Assembly: GCA_963813075.1 (NCBI GenBank) | Contig: CAWEXU010000030.1 | Span: forward strand, 416,001-480,000 | DNA: 64,000 nucleotides | DNA from: Methanotrichaceae archaeon | GTDB taxonomy: Archaea; Halobacteriota; Methanosarcinia; Methanotrichales; Methanotrichaceae | Direction: 5' to 3' | Shown: in pieces, positions 50,918 through 63,087 of the stretch | How the letters are laid out: each line of letters begins with the position of its first letter | How positions within the stretch are numbered: the first letter of the stretch is position 1 | Position numbers and translations under genes: made by a program | The notes under the pieces: generated by a model | Told to the model about the DNA's origin: nothing | Databases searched by the model: none | What the model saw: the letters and a program-made list of their open reading frames with translations, nothing else

Positions 50918-52497
50918 TTAGGCCATTGAGAGGGCCTTAACCGCATAATTCAGGACCTGGTCTTTCGCTCCTCTTCTCCGCCGGATGAACATTCCGGTCT
51001 TGGTCTCATCCAGGATCTTCTCCGAGTGGCTCGGCCGTGGCCAGGCTGACCAGGATCATTGTCGCCACTGCCAGGACAAATCCATACATGCTGGGATGCA
51101 TGGGCATGGGGGCAATGAACTTGGCATAATAGCTGAAGGCGAACGTCCCCACCAGGCCCACGATCATCGAGGCCAGGGCACCCTCCCGGGTGGCCCGACG
51201 CCAGTACAGCCCGGCGAACAGCGGTGTCACAAAGCAGGCCAGCATCACTCCGATGGCCATCCAGATCAGCCAGGCCAGTAGCTCCGGCGGATTGGACCAG
51301 GCCAGGTACAGAGTGATAACCGTAGAGGCGACTATCGCCGCCCGGCTGAGGAGGGTGATCGACTTCTCTGAGGCCTCCTTATTGACGAACTGCCGGTATA
51401 TGTCCCAGCTGACATAGCTTCCGATGGTCAGCATCAGCCGGTCGGTGGTGGACATCACCGCCGATAGGACGATCACCGCTACCAATGGGGCGAAAAATCC
51501 CGGGAAGACATACTCAGAGGCCACAATGAATGAGTAGTCCGCAGGATTGGAGACCCCGGTGGGCATGGCGATCAAACCCTCCTGGGTCATTGACCGGGCG
51601 GCATATCCGGTGATCTTGCACAGGTACATGATCACTGCATAGATGACGAAGGCGGCAAGAGGCGCCCACTTGAAGTACCGGGCCTCTCTTGCGGCAAGCA
51701 CATTGTTGACCACATGAGGAGCTGCCGCCAGGCCGAAGGCGAGCAGGAAGAAGAAGGAGACCAGGTACATGGGGGTCATGAAGGCATAGCCGGCATAGGG
51801 CGGGTGCATCTGGGGATACCACAGGTGAGTCATATTCACATCCATCTCCGCCAGGACGGTGTTGACATGCGTCAATCCGCCGGCGGCATCGATGACCGCC
51901 GGACCGACCAGCAGCACTCCCAACCAGTATCATCATTCCCTGGATCAGTGAGGCCATGCCGATGGCATACAGCCCTCCGAGGATGGTGTAGCCCATGACG
52001 ATGACCGCACCGATGACCAGAGCCCACTGATAGGGTATCTTGAACAGCCATGATAAGACCATGCTGATGGAGATGTACTGGCCCACCAGATAGATGATGG
52101 AGATGAAGACGCCGATTATGGCGGATGTGCCTCGAATCCCCCGCGGGCTGTAGAACCGGTGGGCGAAATAGTCCTGCATCGTCACATAGCCGGTCTTGGC
52201 GGCGACCGCATGGAGCTTCGTCCCGAAGAACAGTATGCATATGGCAGCGCAGAGGGGGACGAATATCTGCTCCCAGATGCTCGGCCAGCCGGTGGCATAT
52301 CCCAGGCCTGCTACCCCCAGGATGGTCATGCCGCTGCAGATGCTCGATACGACCAGAAGGGTGAACGTCCAGAAGCCCAGGTTCCTTCCCGCCACCAGGA
52401 AATCCTCGGAGTTTTTGATCTTCCTTGAGGCGAAGGCTCCAATGGCGATGAGCCCTATGAAATAGACGGCAACTACCGCTAAAGTGGTAACATCCAT
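50918..52497 (-). CDS. Sodium:solute symporter (SSS family); frameshifts near 51925 and 51025
   Basis: DFLVAGR.LG, SG.T.LG..G, YTILGG, SAVMSTTD and GLYWRRAT..GA motifs. Confidence 0.9.
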
Positions 52498-52501
52498 GTC
52501 A

Positions 52502-52597
52502 TCACCACCTCAAGGCCCAGATCAGGAGCAGAATCGATATGAATACTGGCACAATGATGATTCCGATAAATGTCTCTGTCGGCAGTCCTAAGATCAG
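52502..52597 (-). CDS. 31-aa single-TM protein upstream of the symporter; CTG start
   Basis: GAGGAGG SD, then (M)ILGLPTETFIGIIIVPVFISILLLIWALRW*; ends 4 bp before the symporter ATG. Confidence 0.65.
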   Translation of the reverse strand: MILGLPTETFIGIIIVPVFISILLLIWALRW

Positions 52598-52707
52598 ATT
52601 AAACCCTCCTCAAGTGTTGCGTGTGAGCATGGTTCAGACCGGGGATCTAATAAAGCTAACCGTTCCAAACTGAGAGCTTTTATAGTGATCTCACCACATC
52701 TCAAGGG

Positions 52708-53527
52708 ATGAGCGAGCTACTTTCTTCCCCTGGCTATGAACTTCTGGGGATTTGCGACGACGTCTCCAGAAGGGTGGCCTCCTCCATCCGGGATATGGTC
52801 GGCACTGCGTCCGGCGGACAGATGGTGAATATGGGCGCAGACGGCACTCCCACCAAGAGGATCGACCGCGCGGCAGAGGATGCGGTCCTGGAGGTGCTGC
52901 AGTCATCGGGCATGGCCTTCCAGGTGCTGAGCGAGGAGAGGGGTGAGGTGACTGTAGGCAAGAATCCGGAGCATTTCCTTCATCTCGATCCCCTGGACGG
53001 GACATTCAATGCCATTTCTGGCATACCATTCTATGCCCTGTCAATCTACATCCGCGGTGAAGACTGCCGTCTGGGATACATTTATGATCTCGCCCGCGGG
53101 CAGAGATTCTATGCCGAAGCGGGCAGAGGGGCTTATGCCGGATCGGGAGAGAGGATGAGCGTCTCAGAGAATGATGATATCAAAAACTTCAGCATCTCTG
53201 CCTATACCATCCGCCCCAACGCCGGCCGCATAACCGGAATAGGGAACCGGGTGAGGAGGATTCGAACCTTGGGGAGCGCCTCATTGGAGATGGCCCTGGT
53301 CGCCTCGGGCAGGCTGGATGGATTTGTCGATCTGCGGGGGATGATGAGGGTGGTGGATGTGGCCGCAGGCTGCCTGATCATCGAGGAGGCAGGGGGACGG
53401 GTGTCCGATTCAGAGGGATGCCGGCTCCAGATGGGCAGGAGATATGTGGCAGAAGAGGTGTCTGGTCGGCTCCAACGGCCGGCGGCATGAGGATCTGCTC
53501 AAGCTAATCGATGGTGGTTGCGATTAA
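52708..53527 (+). CDS. suhB: Bifunctional FBPase/inositol monophosphatase; frameshift near 53435
   Basis: GADGTPT..ID, SEE, LDPLDGT.N, RTLGS and DVAAG motifs; shifted frame ends ...GSNGRRHEDLLKLIDGGCD*. Confidence 0.9.
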
Positions 53528-54347
53528 GATCGGATTTGTCTCCCGGAGGGAGGAGGCGCCTGTCCAGCTGGCGAAGAGGCTCATCGATGAGATCGAGTCC
53601 TGGAATAGCGGTGTGCAGATACTGGTGGACGAGGACCTGGCCACAAAGATAGGAAGGCCGCCCTCAACCGTCCCGGAGATGGAACGGCTGAAGGTGGATT
53701 TTATTGTCTCTATCGGAGGAGACGGCACCATCTTAAGGACCATTCATAAGATGGCAGACCCGGTCCCCATCCTGGGGATAAACATGGGCACCCTGGGCTT
53801 TCTGGTGGACGTGGTGCCGGCAGACGCAGCAGAGACCATCAAGCGCCTCCTTTCCGGATTCGTGGTGGACGAGCGCTCCCGGCTGAAGCTGCTCATAAAC
53901 GGGGTCTGCATGCCTCGGGCCACCAATGAGATCGCCTTTATCACCGCCAGCCCGGCCAAGATGATCGAGTTCGAGATCCTGGTGGACGGCTCTCTGATGG
54001 AGGACTTCCGGGCGGACGGGGTGATCATAGCCACTGCCACCGGCTCCACCGCTTATGCCATGTCCGCCGGAGGGCCCATCGTCGACCCGCGGGTGGATGC
54101 CATCGTGCTCGTCCCCATGGCCCCCTTCAAGCTCTCCAGCCGCCCCTGGGTGATGCCCGGGGACAGCGTCATCGAGGTCCGGCTCAAGCTGCCGGAGAAG
54201 GAGGCGCTGGTGGTGGTGGACGGCCAGAGCTCGACGAACATATCCACCAAGGATTCAATAGTGATAAGCAAGGCTAAGGCCCCGGCCAGGTTTGTGAAGG
54301 TGGCAAAGGACGGCTTTTACGCCAAGGTGAAAAGCAAGCTGGCCTAG
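53511..54347 (+). CDS. nadK: NAD kinase
   Basis: GGDGT, GINMGTLGFL, NE and DGVIIATATGSTAY..SAGG motifs. Confidence 0.96.
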   Translation: MVVAIKIGFVSRREEAPVQLAKRLIDEIESWNSGVQILVDEDLATKIGRPPSTVPEMERLKVDFIVSIGGDGTILRTIHKMADPVPILGINMGTLGFLVDVVPADAAETIKRLLSGFVVDERSRLKLLINGVCMPRATNEIAFITASPAKMIEFEILVDGSLMEDFRADGVIIATATGSTAYAMSAGGPIVDPRVDAIVLVPMAPFKLSSRPWVMPGDSVIEVRLKLPEKEALVVVDGQSSTNISTKDSIVISKAKAPARFVKVAKDGFYAKVKSKLA

Positions 54348-55469
54348 CCCACCTCTCTTTTGAGCATCAGTGTGGCAGCGATGAACATCAGCAGGAAGAA
54401 GGCCCCCAAAAAGATGAGATCCGGCAGGATCTGAGATAGCGATGCTCCCTTGAGCATGATCGCCCTCAGGGCGTCGCTGGCATAGGTCAGGGGCAGAACA
54501 TTGGAGATGGGACGGAGAAACCCGGGAATGGATTGCACCGGCCAGAACACCCCGCACAGCACTATCTGGGGAATGATGACGATGGGGATGAACTGCACCA
54601 CCTGAAACTCGCTTCGGGCGAAGTTGGAGACGAATGAGCCCATCGCCAGTGCGCCTGCGCCCAGCAAGAGGATGATGGCAAAAGCATCCAGAGGGTTTCC
54701 CCTCATCGGCACGCCGAATAGATAGATCACAATCAAGAGAGTGGTCGCCGACTGGATGATGGCCACCAGGCAAAAGCCCAGGATGTAGCCGGAGACGATC
54801 TCCACCCGGCTTAAGGGCGAGACCATGAACTTCTCCAGCGTTCCCAGAGTCCTCTCTCTGAGAAAGGATATGGCAGCGATGATGAATGTGAAGAAGAACA
54901 CCACCAGACCTAAAATTGCCGGGCCGATGGTATCGATCATCTCCAGGTCGTAGCCGAAGATGTAGCGGGTGGTAATGGGTGGATCCGAATCAGTCCGGAT
55001 CGACTCCCTGCTCACGCCGGTCTGCACGGCAGCCACAATCCTCTCCGAGATCTGCAGGCTGCTGGCATCCAGCAAAACCCGCACCTCCTCCGGCTGGATG
55101 ACCACGCGCCCCGTCCAGCCTGCCATCTAAGATGAGCTTCTCTGCGTCCGACTGGGAGCCAAGATAGAGGATATCGAATTCATTCAGGGATGCGATGTAA
55201 GACCGCAAAGAGCCGTGGCCTCCGCCGTCCACCAGACCGAGCTTGACCCCGGTCATCTCTCCGGAGAGGGCATAGCCGAATAGGATCATCAGGACTCCCA
55301 CCAGACCGAGCTTGACCCCGGTCATCTCTCCGGAGAGGGCATAGCCGAATAGGATCATCAGCACAATGGGGGCGAACAGGATCAGGCCGATGGTGCGCCG
55401 ATCTCTCTTCAGCTGGCGGACGACCCGCAGGGCCACAACCCCCACCCTCTCTGGATCCGGCCTTTTCAT
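54344..55469 (-). CDS. ABC-2 type exporter permease; frameshift near 55110
   Basis: QLKRDRRT, LRER..GTLE and PLTYA.DALR motifs. Confidence 0.88.
55229..55361. repeat. In-frame 69-bp-period tandem duplication inside the permease
   Basis: 64-bp identical copies at 55229-55292 and 55298-55361 (VLMILFGYALSGEMTGVKLGLV x2). Confidence 0.92.
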
Positions 55470-56374
55470 GCTCCCTCCGAGAGGCGCAAAAAGGCCTCCT
55501 CCAGCCTGGGCTCAGAGAGCCTGATATCCAGAGGCGAGACTAAAGCCAGGACATCTCTGATCCGGGCATGGCTCTTGAGGGTGACCGTCACCACCCCATC
55601 CTCGAATTCTGCCTCAAACCCCTGCGACCGGAGTAGAGCGGCATCATCCTCCGGCTGGGCCAGCCAGAGACGGAGCCTGGGAAAAAGGCCCGCCTGGCGC
55701 AAGATCTCCTCCGGGCTGCCCTGGGCGATCATTTTACCCGCCCGCATGTAGCCCACCATCTGGCACCGTTCCGCCTCATCCATGAGGTGGGTGGTGATGA
55801 TCACCGTCTTGCCTGCCTCTGCGAGGCTTTGGAAATACTCCCAGAAGGTCTGCCTCAGTCGGGGGTCTATCCCTACGGTGGGCTCGTCAAGCAAGCAGCA
55901 GCTCCGGCTGGTGGATGAGGGTACAGGCTAAGGAGAGCCTCTGGTACATACCGCCGGAGAGGGCTCCTGCCAGTCGTTTGCGGTGCTCGGAGAGGGCGAC
56001 CATTCTCAGCAGCTCCTCAATTCTATCCTCTCGATCCTGGCCCTTTATGCCATAGAGCCCGGAATAAAACTGCATGTTCTCCTCCACTGTCAGGTCGGGA
56101 TAGAGGGCCTTATGCTGGGTCATATAGCCGATCCGGGAGTAGATCTCCTCCACACCAGAGACGGGCCGGTCCAGAACCCTCAGCTCTCCAGAGTCGAGGC
56201 GCAGCAGCCGGACGATGGCCCGGATGAATGTGGTCTTGCCCGAGCCGTTGGGCCCCAGCAGGCAGTAGGTCACCCCGCGGGGAATGTCCACATCCAGCCC
56301 GTCCAGTACCCTCAGCTGCCCGAAGCTCTTGGTCGCGCCGCGGGCAGACACGCCCGGGCTTTTTCGACTGCCAT
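55466..56374 (-). CDS. ABC transporter ATP-binding protein; frameshifts near 56355 and 55890
   Basis: GPNGSGKTT, LSGG, LDEPT and TTH motifs. Confidence 0.92.
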
Positions 56375-56379
56375 GAACC

Positions 56380-57500
56380 TCAGACCCTCTTTTTTCTGCG
56401 GAGGAATATTATCAGCACCGCAGCCAGCAGGGCGAAAAAGAGCAGAGCGGCCAGCGCCCATCCCCTGCCCCTCCTCCTCGATTCTCACATAGGCGTTCAC
56501 CCAGTCGGTCAGGTCATCCCTGCGGCTGTCGGAGAACTGGAAGAGGATTTTTAGCTGGTAGTTCTTGCCGGGAAGGGCGTCCTTGGAGACATCCAGCTTA
56601 TAGAGAAGCTCTGCCTCCTCCTGGGGCGCAAGGGTGGGGATGGGAGACTCGTCAACGCTCACATACAGGCCGCTTTCCGGACGGAGACGGGCGACCAGGT
56701 CGACTTGCCCGGTCGTCCCCCACATTCTTCACCCTTATCCGGATCACATTCCCCTCCGAGCCCGGCCGGAGGGAGGTGGGGGTGACATTGAGGACCTGAA
56801 ACTGGGCACCGCTTCTCCTCTCCACAATCAGCTCGAGGGGAATGGTCTGGCTGAGGGAATCGTACCAGTAATAGACGTCCGGGTTCTCCGGCCGGTCTTC
56901 ATCCTCTTTCGCCGCCACGTCCTTCTGATAGGTGTAGTTGACCTGGGCCAGCAAGCGGTAGCTGCCGGGGAGGGCGTTCTCATAGGCCTCCAGGGGGAAC
57001 TCCAGCCGGGAGGAGGTCTGGCCCTCGCGGATGTTGCCGGGAAAGGCCACCGAGCGCTTGATATCTATTGCGCTCTCGTTCTCCGCCCGGAGGAGGACGG
57101 AGACATCCTGGGCCACGGTCCTCTGCTTTTCCAGCTCCAGCTCCCTTTGGGCTGCCAGGATCTCCTCTCTTTTGTTGGCTGCCGGCTCCTCGTTTATCTG
57201 AAAAGAGGTTATGCGGCCCCGGTTGGTCAGGGTCATGGTGAGGACGGTCTCCTCCCCCTGATAGATGCGAGACTTGTCCAGGGATGCGGTCAGATTGGGG
57301 GTGCCGTAGACCTTGTAGTAGTCGGCTGAGAACCTCTCCGGCGGGATGGGGGCTCCGCTCTCGGCGGCCAGCCCGAGGAGGACCGAGGATAAGGATAGAA
57401 TCAGAGATGCAACGAATACGAACCGGGCAAGGTGCAGAGCGGTGGCGTCCTTCCCGGAGTTGTCAATTGATCTGTTGCTTTTTGACCATTTGTCAATCAT
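56380..57500 (-). CDS. COG1361 S-layer-like accessory protein with C-terminal TM anchor; frameshifts near 56710 and 56470
   Basis: L.N.G, PGSYRL...V.Y.Y, I..KN.G and A.PGK.Y.L.I...SDS pattern; shifted tail WALAALLFFALLAAVLIIFLRRKKRV*. Confidence 0.75.
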
Positions 57501-57601
57501 GGACCAATCCTTCTCCTGCTGGCCTTGACCGGGCCATGACAAAAATCCGAATAAGAGTATGGTGCTTTTGCTATTTGGAGATTGCCATCTCTACTGGCCG
57601 C

Positions 57602-58199
57602 TCAATCCTTGCAGCGAAACCGGGGCCGGAACATGGGCACCCTCAGCCGATACTCCTCGTATGCTTTTCCGAACTCCTCTTTCAGGGATCGCTCCTCATG
57701 GAGGGCACCGAGATAAAAGTAGAATGTGGCCATGATATTGAAGGTCAGAAGATTCATGGTCATGATCGGGCTGGTCCAGAGGAAGAGAATGGCAAACAGG
57801 AAGAGCGGGTTTCTCAGGTGGCAGTAAAAGCCACTGGTCACCAGAATTTTCTCCCCGCCCGGTCGAAGTAGTCCCTCCAGCCCCAGGAAATCCAGAACGC
57901 CTGTCTGGAAAAGGGTGATCAGCAGCATGGCCGCCGCCAGGAGCTGGGCGGCGGCCATCAGCCCGAAAGCCGGCCAGGGAGCGATGTAGATGACCTCATC
58001 CGGCAGATAGAGGAGGATAAAGATGAAAGGCAGCAGCATGATCAGGGCCAGCAGATTGAAGGCCAGCCTCTCCCAGCGGTCGAAGCCGCTGCCAGCTCTC
58101 TCCTCTTGCCCATCTCTTGAACCGGGGATCGGCCAGGAGGCTATGAACAGAGGCAAAAACCAGAAAGTACGCCGCCATGGCCAATGCACCAGATCCCAT
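57602..58199 (-). CDS. Isoprenylcysteine carboxyl methyltransferase/NnrU-like membrane protein; frameshift near 58110
   Basis: FASVHSLLA; LVTSGFY...RNP; HEERSL..EFG.AY.EY...VP.F.P. Confidence 0.85.
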
Positions 58200-58234
58200 A
58201 TCTGCTCGAACTCCGGAAAGATCTCTTCAGGGCC

Positions 58235-58726
58235 TCATTTCAGGGGGAGGTAGAATAAGACATCCTCATCGGGAATGCAGGCCACAGACAGGCCCCGCCT
58301 CTGCAAAAGAACAGAGACCGCCTCCATCAGCTCCAGGATGCATTGGTTGTGCCTTTCCACGCATATGCCCTTGAAGTCCTCAAAGCCTCCGGTGACCAGG
58401 TCCTCACCGAACTCCATCTGGGGGAGGTTCACCTCCAGCTCCGTCAGCTCCTCAAGACACAGGCCGCTATTCGTGGCCACCTGATCCAGCATCGCCATAT
58501 ACTGATCATAATCCATGGCATAGACCACTCCCCGCACCCGGCTCGATTGGTCCTCCTTCGACCTGGCCATATAGAGGGGCAAGCCCGATATGTCTATCTC
58601 CTCAGGCGGCTTGCCGCTTGCGATCTCTTCTGCCGCCCTCTGCATCACCCTGAGGACGTCATCCAGGCCCTCCAGCACCTTAGAGGCTACGGTTTCCAGC
58701 ATATCCTTGCCATTAGCGGTAGTCAT
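58235..58726 (-). CDS. Acidic hypothetical protein
   Basis: 163-aa ORF with protein-like composition. Confidence 0.65.
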   Translation of the reverse strand: MTTANGKDMLETVASKVLEGLDDVLRVMQRAAEEIASGKPPEEIDISGLPLYMARSKEDQSSRVRGVVYAMDYDQYMAMLDQVATNSGLCLEELTELEVNLPQMEFGEDLVTGGFEDFKGICVERHNQCILELMEAVSVLLQRRGLSVACIPDEDVLFYLPLK

Positions 58727-58978
58727 TTGGCCCTCTCCGTCCAGCTCAGTTGGGATCTGGCCCTCGCCCAGGAACCCGGGCGGGAATCGTCCGGCAGATC
58801 CTCGTCAAAGCGCTGCCCATGGCGTCATTCGTATCTGGGAGCTAATAGAATTTACGTTTATTGAGGGGCATTGGGTGGGTGGTGTATCGTGCTGCTGATC
58901 TAATCCTTTGCAAAAACCATTACCATTATAAACTCACACCATAACGATAGCTATCAAATCATCTGGAGGCCAAAACAA

Positions 58979-59281
58979 TTGATCAAGCACATTGTCATGT
59001 TCAAGTTCAAGGAATTCTCTTGTGGCAGGAATAAACAGGAGAACATCCATCTAATAAAGGAATCATTGCAATCCCTTCCCCCTAAGATCAAGGAGATAAA
59101 GTCCTTCCAGCTGGGAGTCAACATCATCCCCGCCAGCAATGCCTATGATCTGGTGCTGCTCTCGGAGTTCACGAGCCCCGAGGAGCTAGTAAGCTATCAG
59201 AAGCATCCGGAGCATGTCAGGGTGGCGGAGGTGGCGAGCCAGGTCTGCGAGTCCAGGATCGTGGTGGACTATGCCTGCTAA
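58979..59281 (+). CDS. Dabb-family stress-responsive alpha/beta barrel protein
   Basis: MIKHIVMFKFK...YD..L.SEF......YQ.HPEH...VVDY. Confidence 0.92.
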   Translation: MIKHIVMFKFKEFSCGRNKQENIHLIKESLQSLPPKIKEIKSFQLGVNIIPASNAYDLVLLSEFTSPEELVSYQKHPEHVRVAEVASQVCESRIVVDYAC

Positions 59282-59282
59282 T

Positions 59283-61817
59283 TCAGTCCTTCAGCCCTCT
59301 GAGAAAGTGGCCGTGGGTAATTCCTCCCAGGGCCAGGGGCTGAATCCTCTCCTTCAAACCCAGCAGCCTCTCCTTTAAAGGCGCGGGATCAGTGGCCAAT
59401 AGCTTTTCGGTCAGCTCTATCGCTTGATTATAGGCCCCGGTCACCTCTTGAGCATAGCTTTCCGTCCGCCCTCTGGCGTCCAGGGATACCCCGTCCAGTC
59501 CCATCCGGCAGATCTCGGGCAAGAGGTCGATCAGGCAGGTCTCGGCGGAGTTGAAGATATGGGTCCTGCCCTCGTCATCCACCTTCAGGGGAAAGATGTG
59601 CTTGAAATCCTGCAGGCCCCAGAACTCCTCCGAAGATCTTCCTTTGGCCAGTTGGGGGATGGAGTCCTCGGCCACCATCACCTCCAGGCTGCCCTGGACG
59701 ACCAGCTCCAGCTTCGGCGTGCCGTCCCGGCCGGGCAGAGCCCGGATCGCTGAGGCGGCATCCTTCAGCTGGCGACAGGATAGCTCCGGGGAGAGGGTGA
59801 GCCAGCAGAACTGGGGTGCAAGGGCCTGGGCAGTCAGGTGGTTCCATACGTTCAGCCCCGATGCGCCGTAAAGCGGCAATTCGGGCATCTTCTCTTTGAT
59901 CGCCCAGGCAGGGCCGACGTTCTCCACCATGATCCCGTTCAGCTGCACCTGGGAGAGCAGAGGCAGGGCAAGGTCAATGAAGTCATCCCGAGTGATCCGC
60001 GGCCACTTCCAGATCAGCTCTGCCCTGCCGCATAGCTCTTTTGCCTCCTGCAGTTGGGCCAGGATCGTCTCTTTTCTTTCCCGATCTCTTCGACCAACGC
60101 CCGTTTGTGGCTCGAAGTATATCCGGCAAGATCCGCCCTCCACCGCTCCCTTCAATATATCCAGGCGGTCGGCATAGACGGACAAATTGGGAGTGCTCCA
60201 TTCCTCCCCGGACCTGCCTGCTGGCAGTTCAAGCTTATGCAGCCGATCTCTTGCCTCCCTTATCCGGTCAGATGCCGGTCGGCGGCCCTCCAGCACTGCC
60301 TTCTCCAGCCCGGCCAGAAGATCGCGGCGCAGCTGGTTTAAGGCTCCTGGGGGGGAGAAGAGCCCACCCGGATAGTCCATATCCACCTTTCTGACCACAA
60401 ATATGGTGCCACCGGTCTTTCTCATCTGGGACTCGATCTGCTCACATGTCAGGGGCCTATTTTTGGCCTCCTCCATCCCGGATTCCCCCCGGACCGCTGC
60501 CACTTCGCCGCCATCCAGCCGGCCTTCGGCAATTGGAATTCCCTCCTCCCAGGTGAGGCGGATGTCCACGGGAATAGGTGCCCTCTCCTGAGCGGCGATC
60601 TGTTCAGCCCTCCGGGCCAGGGCAGAGCTGCCGGTGAGAAATACTCTGGCCCCAGGACGGACTCTATCCGGGGTCCTCAGTCGTACCAGTCCGTCCTTTT
60701 CGATGGCCTTCTGCACCACCAGACCCATCTCCTGGCCGGGAGACTGAATTACCAGGCCGTCCCCTTTCTCTGGCACCAGCGAGCTGCACAGGCGGACCGC
60801 GGCCTCCCCTCTCTGCAGGTCGTAGGAGGCCACGCTGCCGATGAGAAGCCCTCGATTGTCCGACATCCCTCTGCCCATGACATCCTTGGCCCCCAGCAGG
60901 TGACCTTCTGTGAAGTCGCGGTTGAAGGCCAGGGCCAGGTCCCTCTCCTCCTCTGGGGAAGGCGACCAGCTGCCGCGGGCGATGGCATCCAGTGCCCTCC
61001 GGTAGATGCTGGTGACGATGGCCACATACTGGGGAGACTTCATCCTTCCTTCGATCTTCAGGGACTGTACCGGCGAGCGGACTATCTTATCCAGATGCCG
61101 GTAGACGGAAAGGTCGCGAGTGGATATGATATAGCTCTCCTTTTGGGCGACGGCCTCTAGGCCCTCTGGCCGGCCGTATTCGTCCTTTTTGCCGTGCATC
61201 AGGACATACGGTTTCCTGCAGGGCTGGGCGCACATCCCCCTGTTACCGCTCCGCCCGCCGATGGCCGAGGAGAGGAGGCACTGGCCGGAGTAAGAATAGC
61301 ACAGTGCTCCGTGAACGAACACCTCCAGGCCCATTTCCGCCTTTCCCGTCTCTGGCCCCCATCTTTTGATCTCCTCTATGGTGACCTCTCTGGCCAGGAC
61401 GACCCTATTGAAGCCCGCCTGGGCAGCATACAGAGCTCCAGGAAGATTATGGATGGTCATCTGGGTGGAGGCATGCCTCTCCAGAGCGGGAACAAGCTGG
61501 CGGGCCAGGGAGGCTGCGCCCAGGTCCTGCATCAGGACGGCATCTACACCCAGTTCGTACAGCCGGACGAGGTACTCTGACAGATCAAGCAGCTCATCCT
61601 CCCTGATCAGGGTGTTGACGGTAACGTAGACTTTAACCCCCCGGAGGTGGGCATAGTCTATGGCTTCCGCCAGGTCAGCGTGGTCGAAGTTTGCGGCGAA
61701 CTTTCTTGCTCCGAATCTTTTGCCGCTCAGATACACCGCATCCGCACCTGCTGCTATGGCCGAGTGCAGGGCCTCTGGCGAGCCGGCGGGGGCGAGAAGT
61801 TCAGGCAGTATTATCAA
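59283..61817 (-). CDS. U32 family protein (RlhA-like, DUF3656), probable Fe-S RNA hydroxylase
   Basis: PELLAPAG, HASTQ, HGALCYSYSGQC, NRG.CAQPCR and KIEGRMK motifs. Confidence 0.92.
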   Translation of the reverse strand: MIILPELLAPAGSPEALHSAIAAGADAVYLSGKRFGARKFAANFDHADLAEAIDYAHLRGVKVYVTVNTLIREDELLDLSEYLVRLYELGVDAVLMQDLGAASLARQLVPALERHASTQMTIHNLPGALYAAQAGFNRVVLAREVTIEEIKRWGPETGKAEMGLEVFVHGALCYSYSGQCLLSSAIGGRSGNRGMCAQPCRKPYVLMHGKKDEYGRPEGLEAVAQKESYIISTRDLSVYRHLDKIVRSPVQSLKIEGRMKSPQYVAIVTSIYRRALDAIARGSWSPSPEEERDLALAFNRDFTEGHLLGAKDVMGRGMSDNRGLLIGSVASYDLQRGEAAVRLCSSLVPEKGDGLVIQSPGQEMGLVVQKAIEKDGLVRLRTPDRVRPGARVFLTGSSALARRAEQIAAQERAPIPVDIRLTWEEGIPIAEGRLDGGEVAAVRGESGMEEAKNRPLTCEQIESQMRKTGGTIFVVRKVDMDYPGGLFSPPGALNQLRRDLLAGLEKAVLEGRRPASDRIREARDRLHKLELPAGRSGEEWSTPNLSVYADRLDILKGAVEGGSCRIYFEPQTGVGRRDRERKETILAQLQEAKELCGRAELIWKWPRITRDDFIDLALPLLSQVQLNGIMVENVGPAWAIKEKMPELPLYGASGLNVWNHLTAQALAPQFCWLTLSPELSCRQLKDAASAIRALPGRDGTPKLELVVQGSLEVMVAEDSIPQLAKGRSSEEFWGLQDFKHIFPLKVDDEGRTHIFNSAETCLIDLLPEICRMGLDGVSLDARGRTESYAQEVTGAYNQAIELTEKLLATDPAPLKERLLGLKERIQPLALGGITHGHFLRGLKD

Positions 61818-61984
61818 TGTCAGTCAGCATGTCTGTTATTTCCTGGGTTGATAAGCCCTCCCCTTACCGGAAAGTGTGGAGCCTTGATGATCACTTCGAT
61901 ATTATTTGCTTTGCCCAAAGAGGACGAAGTCGTAGGCGGGTTATTTATCTGATGAGCTACATTTATATTGTTCTGGTGGATGTG

Positions 61985-63008
61985 ATGAATCATTTCAGTG
62001 CAATAATAGTTCTGATAGCCCTTTTATTCCTCTCCACCAGCGGGGAGGCTTTGAGGACTTTTTCTGGCGATACGATATCAATAGTCGATCCCGTAGAGGA
62101 TGATATCTTTGCCGCAGGAAACATAGTGAATATCAACGCTCCAGTCGATTCGGCAGTGGTGGCTGCAGGCACAGTGAACGTCAACGCGCCAGTAAAAGGA
62201 GACGTCATCGCTGCTGGTGGCCAGGTCAATGTGAACTCCGATGTGGGCGGAAAGGTGGTAGCTGCCGGGGGAACGGTCAACTTGGGAGGAGATGTCGGCA
62301 CCAATCTGGTGGCCGCCGGAGGCCAGGTGAGCATCCTTCCGGGCAGGAACGGTGGGCAGAGATGCCCTGATCGGCAGCGGCAATGCGGTAAACTCCGGCC
62401 GGATCAATGGCACACTGAGCGTTTATGCCGAAAGCTTCAACAACACCGGCTCGGCAGGAAAGGTCGACTTCTATCAGACGGAGAGGGCAGAGGATAAAGC
62501 CCCGCCCAGGGAAGACAAATGGGGTGGTTTTATTTTCAGCCTGATAAGCATCATCGGATACCTCATCTTAGGGCTGATCCTGGTGAAATATCTTCCTAGC
62601 CTCTTCCGGACGGTGGACGAGGAGATTCGCACCTCCACCCTGCTTCGGACCATCCTGGGATTCATCATCATCATCGCCTCGTTCATCGCTCTCCTGCTGG
62701 TGGCCTTTACTGTGGTGGGCCTGCCGATAGCAATGATATCCATGCTCCTGGTGATCGTCGCCCTGATGACCAGCGGGACATTCGTCGCCTATAGCCTGGG
62801 CCGGTGGATCTGCCAGCAGGGCAAGCTGAAACAGGGTGATCTGGTGTGCTTCGTTATTGGATTTGTGATTCTCAATCTCCTCTTCCTGATCCCCTATCTG
62901 GGCGGCATGGTGGGCATGATATCCATGAGCCTGGGATTCGCTGCCCTCCTGTATGCCGCCAGACGCCTCATTCTGGCAAGCGGCAGCAAGATAGCGGTAT
63001 TGGAATAG
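61985..63008 (+). CDS. Membrane protein with extracellular beta-helix (bactofilin-like) repeats; frameshift near 62345
   Basis: Signal peptide; 15-aa V.GDV.AAGG.VN. repeats; C-terminal TMs with TVVGLP and IPYLG. Confidence 0.8.
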
Positions 63009-63087
63009 AAAAGGAAAAGAGAGCGAGAAAGGATAAACATTTTTTCTGGCGACTTTGGCCCAGCCAGAAATATTATTATTTTTTTTT

